64,000 nucleotides of DNA, taken from an uncultured Desulfobacterales bacterium. Lineage in GTDB: Bacteria; Desulfobacterota; Dissulfuribacteria; Dissulfuribacterales; JALVPX01. The stretch is taken from contig CAYWKF010000007.1 in the NCBI GenBank assembly GCA_964459155.1, forward strand, positions 10,671-74,670, read 5' to 3'. The translations under genes and the position numbers were made by a program. Each line of letters begins with the position of its first letter. The first letter of the stretch is position 1. The notes under the pieces were generated by a model. That model saw only the letters and a program-made list of their open reading frames with translations. It ran no database searches and was not told where the DNA came from. Positions 29,113 through 37,450 of this stretch are shown one piece after another.

Positions 29113-29441
29113 TTTTTCTGCTGTGACACGCTATTTGGCATTTCTTGCTCGACCCAGTGATGGGCAATAAGCTTCATCAAGGCCATGAGTATGGGATCCC
29201 CTTTCACCCTGGAAAATCGCATTTCAAGCTCTTTGATGCGCTCCTTGAGGCTCTTTTCTCCCGGAAGGATGACTGGATGGCCTTCCACTGTTATGGCTTC
29301 CAAGCCTGCCTTTTGAAACCTTGAAATTATTGCAGCGTCGAGTTCTGTACCTGGCCCACACAACACCATACCTTCCTCAGTCACAGCCTCTTTGGCAAGC
29401 ACCATGCCTGGCTTTGCATATTTAATTGGAAGGCGCTGCAC
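29109..29441 (-). CDS. Small hypothetical protein resembling the N-terminal module of HD-GYP proteins
   Basis: AKPGMVLAKEAV...GMVL..PGTEL; overlaps the HDOD start. Confidence 0.65.
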   Translation of the reverse strand: MQRLPIKYAKPGMVLAKEAVTEEGMVLCGPGTELDAAIISRFQKAGLEAITVEGHPVILPGEKSLKERIKELEMRFSRVKGDPILMALMKLIAHHWVEQEMPNSVSQQKK

Positions 29442-29459
29442 AGCCGATTTACTCCGTCT

Positions 29460-30935
29460 CTAAAATTGGGGCCACTCCTTGAAATTGCCAAGTGCCTGCT
29501 CAAGCGCATAGGCAGCCTTCAAAGTTCGTTCTTCCTTAAAGTGTGGCGCCATGAATTGTATACCTATAGGTAGCCCCCCCTTGCTTACTGCGCATGGAAC
29601 AGAAAGACCTGGCACCCCTGCCAGATTTGTTGATATTGTAAATATATCTGAAAGATACATCTGCAGCGGATCGTCTGTTTTTTCTCCAATTTTAAAGGCA
29701 GGGGTAGGGGCCACTGGTGTGGCCATAACATCACATTCGCTAAAGGCATTTTTGAAATCGTTTGTGATCAAGGTCCTTACTTGCGAGGCCTTTTTGTAAT
29801 AGGCGTCGTAATAACCAGAAGAGAGACAGTAGGTTCCGATCATGATTCGTCTTTTGACCTCAGGGCCAAAGCCTTCTGAACGGGTCTTTTTGTACATTTC
29901 AAGCAAATTTGAGTAGCCCTTTGCCCTATAGCCATATTTAACGCCATCATACCTGGCCAAATTGGAGCTTGCTTCAGCAGGTGCGATTATATAATAGCAG
30001 GCAATGGCATACTTGGTATGAGGAACACTGACTTCAACGACTTTAGCACCAAGCTGCTCCAGGATGCCAATGGCATTTTTTATACCTGTTTCCACTTCAT
30101 CAGAAAGCCCCTTGCCAAAGTATTCCCTTGGAAGGCCAATGGTCATGCCAGACAGATCGGTGCTCAAGGCTGCCTGGTAATCTGGCACCTCCGTGTCCAC
30201 AGAGGTAGAATCCCTTCTGTCATAGCCTGAAATGGCCTGTAACATTATGGCACAATCCGTCACATCCTTTGTTATCGGCCCAATTTGGTCTAGGGATGAG
30301 GCAAAAGCCACAAGACCGAAACGGGATACCCTGCCATAAGTGGGCTTCATTCCCACCACACCGCAATGTGAAGCAGGCTGACGTATTGAGCCGCCTGTAT
30401 CCGAACCCAAAGAGCCTGCACACAGGCATGCTGCTGTGGCAGCAGCTGAGCCGCCGCTGGATCCCCCCGGGATATAATCGAGATTGTAAGGATTGTGAGT
30501 GGGAAAAAAGGCAGAATTTTCAGTAGATGATCCCATGGCGAACTCGTCAAGATTCAATTTCCCAAGAAATACTGCGCCCTGCTCTTCCAGTTTTTCCAAT
30601 ACGGTGGCAGTAAAAGGCGGGACAAAATTTTCCAATATTTTTGAAGCGCACGTAGTGCGGACACCCTTAAGGCACATGTTGTCTTTAATTCCAAGGGGAA
30701 TACCTGTAAGCAGTGCGGCCTCACCAGCCTGTATACGCTTGTCTGCCTTTTCTGCCTGTTCCAATGCCTGGTCAGGTGTAACAGTGATATAGGCCTTTAT
30801 TTTAGGGTCAGCCGTGTCTATTTTCTCAAGATAAGCCCTGGTCAGCTCAACTGATGTGATTTCCTTTGTCAAAAGGAGTTTATGCAATTTATGAATAGGA
30901 TATTGGGTCAAGCCTGACATGGTGTTATGCCTCAC
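29460..30935 (-). CDS. gatA: Asp/Glu-tRNA amidotransferase subunit A
   Basis: [50 protein letters not shown]. Confidence 0.98.
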   Translation of the reverse strand: MRHNTMSGLTQYPIHKLHKLLLTKEITSVELTRAYLEKIDTADPKIKAYITVTPDQALEQAEKADKRIQAGEAALLTGIPLGIKDNMCLKGVRTTCASKILENFVPPFTATVLEKLEEQGAVFLGKLNLDEFAMGSSTENSAFFPTHNPYNLDYIPGGSSGGSAAATAACLCAGSLGSDTGGSIRQPASHCGVVGMKPTYGRVSRFGLVAFASSLDQIGPITKDVTDCAIMLQAISGYDRRDSTSVDTEVPDYQAALSTDLSGMTIGLPREYFGKGLSDEVETGIKNAIGILEQLGAKVVEVSVPHTKYAIACYYIIAPAEASSNLARYDGVKYGYRAKGYSNLLEMYKKTRSEGFGPEVKRRIMIGTYCLSSGYYDAYYKKASQVRTLITNDFKNAFSECDVMATPVAPTPAFKIGEKTDDPLQMYLSDIFTISTNLAGVPGLSVPCAVSKGGLPIGIQFMAPHFKEERTLKAAYALEQALGNFKEWPQF

Positions 30936-30956
30936 AAAAAATTCGGTCTTATTATT

Positions 30957-31244
30957 TTAAATAATTTTTGGCACTACGAAAAAGGCCTCATCCTCTTTTT
31001 CTGGCGCATTTGCCAAGGCCTCCTCTGGAGAAAGCGAAGGACTCACTTCATCTTCCCTGAAGGCGTTTGCCATATGCATGGCATGGGTTGAGGGCTCGAT
31101 ATCGCCTGTATCCACACCTTCAAGCTGTGCCACATAACTTAAGATATCATTCAACTGAGTGGTGAAGCCATCTAGCTCTTCTTCTGTAAAATGGAGCCTC
31201 GCAAGGTCAGCAACATGCTCAACTTCTGCCCTTGTTATCTTCAT
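30957..31244 (-). CDS. gatC: Asp/Glu-tRNA amidotransferase subunit C
   Basis: ITRAEVEHVADLARL, FREDEV, ALANAP, VVPKII. Confidence 0.95.
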   Translation of the reverse strand: MKITRAEVEHVADLARLHFTEEELDGFTTQLNDILSYVAQLEGVDTGDIEPSTHAMHMANAFREDEVSPSLSPEEALANAPEKEDEAFFVVPKII

Positions 31245-31336
31245 ATGACAAGTTCTCCTTTTGTCTGGAAAAAGTCCATTTGTAGTAACATGAAAATGGT
31301 GTATTACTCAAGGCTGTCTACATAAATTACCAAAAG

Positions 31337-32542
31337 TTGCTGCTGATAATGCAAACGACAAAACGCAAAACTCGTGCCGAAATAACCCGGAACACCTCAA
31401 TATGGTATCCAGCCCTCTTCTTGTCTACCATATTTTTTTTCAATTTCTTGGGCAGGATTGTTTTGTCGCCGTTGATGCCATGGATAGAGCAAGATCTTGC
31501 CATTTCCCATGCCCAGGCTGGCTCTCTATTTTTCCTGCTCAGCTGCGGCTACTTTGTTTCAATGATTGGATCAGGGCACGTTTCATCCAGGCTGGGGCAC
31601 AAACGCACGATTTCCTTGTCTTCATTGCTATGCGGCACCACCCTGGTGCTCCTATCCCAAGTTGGCGGCCTTTGGCAGATGCGAATGGTGTTGGGCTTGG
31701 CTGGGCTCGCAGCAGGCATCTATCTACCATCTGCCATTGCCACCTTGACCAAAATGGCCTCAAAGGAACATTGGGGTAAAGTTATTTCTATTCATGAACT
31801 GGCGCCGAACCTTGCATTTTTAGCAGCGCCACTGCTGGCTGACCTTTTTGTGCCAAATTTCGGATGGAAGGGCCTACTCTTTGGCCTGGGCAGCAGTAGT
31901 ATGGCCCTTGGTGCTGGCTATTACTTCTTTTCTACAACGGATGACTCATGCGGTCAGGCACCTGATCTTGCATCCATTGTTCCTCTTCTCAAGAACTTTG
32001 TGTTCTGGGTGATGGTTTTGCTCTTTTCCATGGGCATCACTGGTACCTTGGGAATATACAACATGCTGCCTCTCTACATGGTTTCAGAACATGGTTTTGC
32101 TCCTGAAAAGGCCAATTCCATCCTTGCTTTGTCGAGGGTTGCTACGCTCATCTTTGCCCTGGTTGGAGGGGCTGCAGCTGACCGCTTTGGCCCTAGGAGG
32201 ACTTTAACAGTAGTGCTTCTCGTAACCGGCTTTATCACGATATTGCTGGGAATGGCTCCTGCGACACTGATACCATTGATGGTCTTCCTGCAGCCTGTGC
32301 TGGCAGTTGGCTTCTTTCCTGCCGGCTTTGCTCTTCTTTCCAGGCTTATGCCACAAGGCTCACGTAATATCGTGGTCTCTTTCACTGTTCCGCTTGCCTT
32401 TGTAATCGGCGGTGGAGTAATACCTGCAATCATTGGAGTCATGGGAGATCATGGGCACTTGGGGCTGGGAATGAGCTTTGCAGGCTCATTCATAATGAGC
32501 GGAAGCCTGATCTCATTTCTGTTTCTCAAAAAGGAAGGATAA
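31337..32542 (+). CDS. MFS transporter
   Basis: About 12 TM; GHVSSRLGHK and GAAADRFGPR loop motifs. Confidence 0.85.
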   Translation: MLLIMQTTKRKTRAEITRNTSIWYPALFLSTIFFFNFLGRIVLSPLMPWIEQDLAISHAQAGSLFFLLSCGYFVSMIGSGHVSSRLGHKRTISLSSLLCGTTLVLLSQVGGLWQMRMVLGLAGLAAGIYLPSAIATLTKMASKEHWGKVISIHELAPNLAFLAAPLLADLFVPNFGWKGLLFGLGSSSMALGAGYYFFSTTDDSCGQAPDLASIVPLLKNFVFWVMVLLFSMGITGTLGIYNMLPLYMVSEHGFAPEKANSILALSRVATLIFALVGGAAADRFGPRRTLTVVLLVTGFITILLGMAPATLIPLMVFLQPVLAVGFFPAGFALLSRLMPQGSRNIVVSFTVPLAFVIGGGVIPAIIGVMGDHGHLGLGMSFAGSFIMSGSLISFLFLKKEG

Positions 32543-32543
32543 A

Positions 32544-33308
32544 ATGAAGTTTGTTGACACCCATGCACATATGTGTGATGCCTCTTTTGACAAAGACTTG
32601 GAAGATGTGTTGAAGAGGGCAGCTACCAGTGGTTGCTGTGCAATAATATCTGTGTCAGAAGACCTGGAGGATGCCCAGAAGACTTTGAAGCTTGCTAAAG
32701 AACACCAGATCTTGCTTCCAGGTGCAGGCCTTTTCCCCACTAACCTAGACATAAAACAAGCCGAAGAAATGTACCGATTCATTGAGAGCAACAAGAAACA
32801 GCTTGTAGCCATTGGTGAAGTAGGCCTCGATTACTGGAAAGTCAAGGAGGAGGAACTGCGCCAGGTTCAGAGGCATATTTTTAGAGGCTTCATTGAGCTA
32901 GCAAACCGACTGAACCTCGTATTGAATGTCCACTCTAGATCAGCTGGAAGGCATGTAATATCCATGCTCCTTGAAAACAATGCTCAAAAGGTGCAGCTTC
33001 ACAGCTTTGATGCCAAGGCCGCAACTGCCATGAAAGGTGCGGAAGCTGGCTGGTTCTTTTCGATACCGCCTTCAATAGTGCGCTCCAGGCAAAAGCAGAA
33101 ACTTGTAAAGAAACTGCCCCTCACGAGCTTGATGGTGGAATCAGACAGTCCAGTGTTAGGACCTGATCCAAAAAAACGAAATGAACCTGCCAACTGCGTT
33201 GTTGCCCTCAGGGCCATAGCGGATATAAAAAGGATAAGCTTGGAAGAAGTTGCAGACCGATTACTCGAAAACAGCCGCCGCCTTTATGGAAATGTCCCGG
33301 TGTGTTAG
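32544..33308 (+). CDS. TatD-family hydrolase
   Basis: DTHAH, AIGEVGLDY, NVHSR, LHSF, VESDSP. Confidence 0.9.
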   Translation: MKFVDTHAHMCDASFDKDLEDVLKRAATSGCCAIISVSEDLEDAQKTLKLAKEHQILLPGAGLFPTNLDIKQAEEMYRFIESNKKQLVAIGEVGLDYWKVKEEELRQVQRHIFRGFIELANRLNLVLNVHSRSAGRHVISMLLENNAQKVQLHSFDAKAATAMKGAEAGWFFSIPPSIVRSRQKQKLVKKLPLTSLMVESDSPVLGPDPKKRNEPANCVVALRAIADIKRISLEEVADRLLENSRRLYGNVPVC

Positions 33309-33359
33309 TAGTAATGTACTGCGTTTAATCTTCCATATTGGAGAATTTCAGCTCTTAAA

Positions 33360-34274
33360 ATGGCTATCATAATCTCAGTTGGATCTGGCAAAGGTGGAAC
33401 GGGCAAAAGCATGGTGCTAGCCAATCTGGCAGTGCTTCTTGCCAAATTAGGTAAAAGAACATGTCTTGTAGACCTTGATGTTGGCGGTGCAAACGCCCAC
33501 ATACTTTATGGCTTGCTCAAGCCAAAAGCTACTCTCACGGATTTTTTGACCAGGAAAGTTAAATCCTTACAAGAGGTGGCGCAGCCCCTTGGCTCATTCC
33601 ATGGAGTGCACCTTATTGCTGGCACAGGCGATACGCTCAAAACCGCCAATATGCCTTTTCAAACCAAACAGCGGCTACTGCGCAACTTGGCATTACTTGA
33701 TTACGACATAATTCTCATGGACGTGGGAGCAGGCACAGGATTTCATGCCCTGGATTTTTTCATGTCCTCTAACCTGCAAGTGTGTGTCACCACCACAGAT
33801 CCCACCGCCATAATAGATTTCTACAGATTTCTTAAATTGGCAGCGGTAAGAAAGGCCCTCTCTGCCTTTTTGTCCCACGACGTTATTTCAAAGACTATTG
33901 CGGCGGAGGAATTCAAGTCTATGGAGGATGTCCTTGAACTAGCAGACAGGACACAGCAAGGTGCAAAAAAGAAAGCAGAGGCAGCTCTTGCCTCTTTCAG
34001 ACCTTGTCTTGTCATAAATCAAGTAAGGGAGGGTGGTGCCAAGAACAGGCTTAAAGTGCGACACGTGGCCAGGCAGTTCCTGGGAGTGGATCTTCCAGAG
34101 TTGGGAGTGGTGCCATGGGATGAGGCCGTTCAGGAATCAGTACGTTCTTATATGCCGGTGTGCGAATACGCCCCAGAAAGCCCTGCGTCAAAGTCGCTTG
34201 AAAAGATCGCTGGAACTTTACTCACCCATATTGACAATGTGAACAGGCAGTTTAATTCAACAACTGCTGGCTGA
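33360..34274 (+). CDS. MinD/FlhG-like P-loop ATPase
   Basis: Deviant Walker A GSGKGGTGKS, VDLDVGGANAH, MDVGAG, DPTAIID. Confidence 0.85.
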   Translation: MAIIISVGSGKGGTGKSMVLANLAVLLAKLGKRTCLVDLDVGGANAHILYGLLKPKATLTDFLTRKVKSLQEVAQPLGSFHGVHLIAGTGDTLKTANMPFQTKQRLLRNLALLDYDIILMDVGAGTGFHALDFFMSSNLQVCVTTTDPTAIIDFYRFLKLAAVRKALSAFLSHDVISKTIAAEEFKSMEDVLELADRTQQGAKKKAEAALASFRPCLVINQVREGGAKNRLKVRHVARQFLGVDLPELGVVPWDEAVQESVRSYMPVCEYAPESPASKSLEKIAGTLLTHIDNVNRQFNSTTAG

Positions 34275-34281
34275 TATTGAA

Positions 34282-35343
34282 ATGACAACGCAGGATTCAA
34301 CTGGCTGGGATGCGATTTTAACTTCCCTCAGTGTGTTTAAACAAATAGGCCTCTTGCTCAACTATTCACTGCTTGCCTGTTCAGTGGCGCTTCTGGCAGT
34401 GACGATTGGATCTTGCTTGACCATGGCCTCCAAAAAGCCGCAGCGTCTTTCCCTTTTTATTTTAGTAGCATCGGCTCTCATCTTGGTATCTGGCTGTATC
34501 TTGGTGATCTGGCTAAACTTTAAAATCTACGCCAATTCAGCTCTCGTTCTTCCAGAAACCCTAGTCAACCATCTGAACCGCTGGCTTGCCAACTGGAACA
34601 TTTCATCAATATATGAGATCCCCCTCTATGATCCTGCATCTCCACCGCGCTATATGCTGCCATTTTGGCTTGAAAATGAAAAATATGTGTTCTGGTTCGC
34701 CAGCTTTGCCCTTATGGCCCTTTTGGCGTGGCGCAAGGCAGAATCCATGGGCCTAAAGATCCTTCTGCAGATTCTTTTGATAATCCAGCTGCTCATCCTT
34801 TGCGTGTTTGTGAAACCATTCCATGATCCTCTTCCAAGATTTTTCCACGAGGTATCGCCTTTTTTCCTCGAAACAGCTTCGCCAGGTAATAAATTCGGCC
34901 TTTTCATGCGCATGTATCCGCGAATGATCTTCTATTACAACGCCCCCTACATGTGGTTTCATCCGCCCCTACTTTTCCTGGCCTATAGTGCGCTTACCAT
35001 ATTTTTTGCCTGTGCGGTTGTCATGTTTTTTTCAAGGTCCAGGAGGAACGAAAAGATAGGTTATTCTTATGCAAAATTTGCATATCTTCTGTTGACTGTA
35101 GGAATGCTGGCTGGTTATCCATGGGCATTAAAGGCATGGGGGCCGAACTGGTGGTGGGACCCGAAGATAGCCGCTTCTTTGATGATGTGGGTGGTCTTTA
35201 CTACCTATCTACACGCAAGGCTCTATATCTTTAAAAAAGGCATGTGGCATTTTGTAGCCATGCTGGGCATAATGAGTTTTATTGCCATGGTGTTCACCTT
35301 CGTAGCTTCCTTTATCTTTCCAGGGCAGCATTCAGTCCATTAG
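34282..35343 (+). CDS. Cytochrome c heme lyase, CcmF N-terminal part (CcmF/CcsA family)
   Basis: FHPPLLFLAY, Trp-rich WALKAWGPNWWWDP, TTYLH, terminal GQHSVH; multi-TM. Confidence 0.8.
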   Translation: MTTQDSTGWDAILTSLSVFKQIGLLLNYSLLACSVALLAVTIGSCLTMASKKPQRLSLFILVASALILVSGCILVIWLNFKIYANSALVLPETLVNHLNRWLANWNISSIYEIPLYDPASPPRYMLPFWLENEKYVFWFASFALMALLAWRKAESMGLKILLQILLIIQLLILCVFVKPFHDPLPRFFHEVSPFFLETASPGNKFGLFMRMYPRMIFYYNAPYMWFHPPLLFLAYSALTIFFACAVVMFFSRSRRNEKIGYSYAKFAYLLLTVGMLAGYPWALKAWGPNWWWDPKIAASLMMWVVFTTYLHARLYIFKKGMWHFVAMLGIMSFIAMVFTFVASFIFPGQHSVH

Positions 35344-35352
35344 GAGGGCGGA

Positions 35353-35973
35353 TTGAAAAAAAGCGGCAGCGCCAAGCGGCTCAATCTTGATTTTACAATG
35401 ATCCTGGCCACTGTGGCAGTGCTATTCATGGTGTCAGCGCTTTGCATAGGCAGCATGTTTTATTTCAAGGCAGCAGGCCTAGATAGCGCAACTCCTGCTG
35501 CTAAAATGGCTTATCAGGCAAAGATGAACTCGATGCTCATACCACTGCTTGTGGCACTTTTGCTAGTAATGGCCATATGCATTCCCAGAAGGATCATCAA
35601 ACCAAAATGGATAACGTACACCGCCTTTTCCTTGGCGGCTATATTTGTCTATACCGTCTTTGCCATCGACCTTACTGCCGGTCTTGTGGCGGTAGCCGTC
35701 GTCTCTTTGTTGTTTCAAGTGTGGGTCTTGATATCCACTATGCTTGGCAAGAAGCTTAACTACAGATTTGAAGGTTACTGGTCGAGGCTGGGTTCTGCCT
35801 TGTTCCATCTGGGCTTTGTACTGTTCTGCCTGGATTTCCTGACCTTAAGATATCTTGACCTTCATATGATTATTTTTTGGAGCAGCTTCCTTTTCATGGT
35901 GGCGGGAATGGTGATGCTCTTTTATTCAGATTTGGTAATAAAACTAGTAAACAGGGTTGAAAGGGATAGGTGA
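35353..35973 (+). CDS. Membrane protein resembling the CcmF C-terminal part
   Basis: About 6 TM with GSALFHLGFVL (compare CcmF AHLG); AGGAGG 5 nt before TTG; same frame as upstream ORF. Confidence 0.6.
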   Translation: MKKSGSAKRLNLDFTMILATVAVLFMVSALCIGSMFYFKAAGLDSATPAAKMAYQAKMNSMLIPLLVALLLVMAICIPRRIIKPKWITYTAFSLAAIFVYTVFAIDLTAGLVAVAVVSLLFQVWVLISTMLGKKLNYRFEGYWSRLGSALFHLGFVLFCLDFLTLRYLDLHMIIFWSSFLFMVAGMVMLFYSDLVIKLVNRVERDR

Positions 35974-37301
35974 CCATGGACATGCTCTCAGAATTGCTCT
36001 CCAGGGCGAATCAATTCGTTTGGGGACCTTATATGCTGGCCCTTTTAGTGGGAACGGGCGTTGTATTGAGCTTGAAACTGCGCTTTATCCAAGTCAGAAA
36101 ACTTGGGGTGGCCTTGAAGCTGGTCTTTTCACGGCCAGAGTCAATGGGTAAGGGAGACATAAGCCCCATCCAGGCCTTGACCACGGCTCTTTCAGCTACC
36201 ATAGGAACAGGAAACATAGCGGGAGTGGCAACGGCGATTTTCCTTGGCGGCCCAGGGGCCATTTTCTGGATGTGGGTCTGCGCCTTTTTCGGCATGGCCA
36301 CGAAGTTTGCAGAGGCAGTCCTGGCAATAGTCTACCGCCAAGTTCTGCCAGACGGCACCATGCAAGGAGGCCCCATGCGCTACATTTCTGAAGGCCTTGG
36401 CTGGAAGTGGCTTGGCTGGCTCTTTGCATTGATGGGAAGTATCGCCGCCTTTGGAATAGGCAGTATGGTGCAGGCAAACTCTGTAGCCATTGCTCTTGAT
36501 AAGACCTGGAGCATTCCACCAATTGCCACTGGGATGATACTGGCCGTCTTGATTGCAGTAGTCATAATAGGGGGCATAAAACGTATAGGAAAGGTAACGG
36601 AAAAGTTGGTACCAGTAATGGGCACCTTCTATGTGACAGCTGCCTTAGTCATACTTGCCTTAAACTTCGAGTACATACCTGGAGCAATATCTTTGATTTT
36701 ATCCCATGCCTTTACTCCAGTTTCTGCCATGGGCGGATTTGCAGGGGCCACAGTAGCCAGTGCCATCAGATTTGGTGTTGCGAGAGGAGTTTTTTCTAAT
36801 GAATCAGGCCTGGGAAGTGCCCCTATTGCCCATGCTGCTGCCAAGACAAATGATCCAGTGCGCCAAGGCCTGATTGCAATGACAGGCGTCTTCTTCGATA
36901 CCATAGTGATCTGCACCATGACCGCCTTGGTGATATTGACCACCGGTGTATGGACAAGTGGAGAGACCTCAAGCGCCCTGACCCAATTGGCATTTGAAAC
37001 AGCCCTTCCTGGAATAGGAAGTTATGTGGTGACCATAGGCCTGGCCATTTTTGCTTATTCTACAATGATTGGTTGGGCCTACTATGGCGAAGAGTGCATA
37101 GTTTACATCATGGGGCTGAAAGCAAGGACCCCTTATCGACTGATATTCTGCATGGTCATTGCCTTGGGAGCATTCCTGAAGGTGGACATGGTCTGGGATT
37201 TTTCAGATACCATGAACGGTGCCATGGCAATCCCAAACCTCATAGGCCTGCTGGGCCTTTCTGGTGTGGTGGCAAAAAAAACTTTGGCTAGGCTGAAATA
37301 G
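35970..37301 (+). CDS. Alanine/glycine:cation symporter (AGCS)
   Basis: ALSATIGTGNIAGVA, GGPGAIFWMW, GGPMRY, RGVFSNESGLGSAP, AIPNLIGL. Confidence 0.95.
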   Translation: MTMDMLSELLSRANQFVWGPYMLALLVGTGVVLSLKLRFIQVRKLGVALKLVFSRPESMGKGDISPIQALTTALSATIGTGNIAGVATAIFLGGPGAIFWMWVCAFFGMATKFAEAVLAIVYRQVLPDGTMQGGPMRYISEGLGWKWLGWLFALMGSIAAFGIGSMVQANSVAIALDKTWSIPPIATGMILAVLIAVVIIGGIKRIGKVTEKLVPVMGTFYVTAALVILALNFEYIPGAISLILSHAFTPVSAMGGFAGATVASAIRFGVARGVFSNESGLGSAPIAHAAAKTNDPVRQGLIAMTGVFFDTIVICTMTALVILTTGVWTSGETSSALTQLAFETALPGIGSYVVTIGLAIFAYSTMIGWAYYGEECIVYIMGLKARTPYRLIFCMVIALGAFLKVDMVWDFSDTMNGAMAIPNLIGLLGLSGVVAKKTLARLK

Positions 37302-37325
37302 GGTTGGCTCACCCTACCATTTTTA
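37299..37325 (+). terminator. Possible weak intrinsic terminator after the AGCS gene
   Basis: TAGGGT-TGGCTC-ACCCTA hairpin followed by CCATTTTT. Confidence 0.3.
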
Positions 37326-37450
37326 CGACCATATAAAGAACTTCCTCAGATTTTCCGATAAATCTTTAAGGTTAAAGAAAAAAACCTTAGCCAAATTGAT
37401 TCGTTTTCTTTTCGTTCATCCATGAAACTGGCCACCTAAATATTCAAGAT

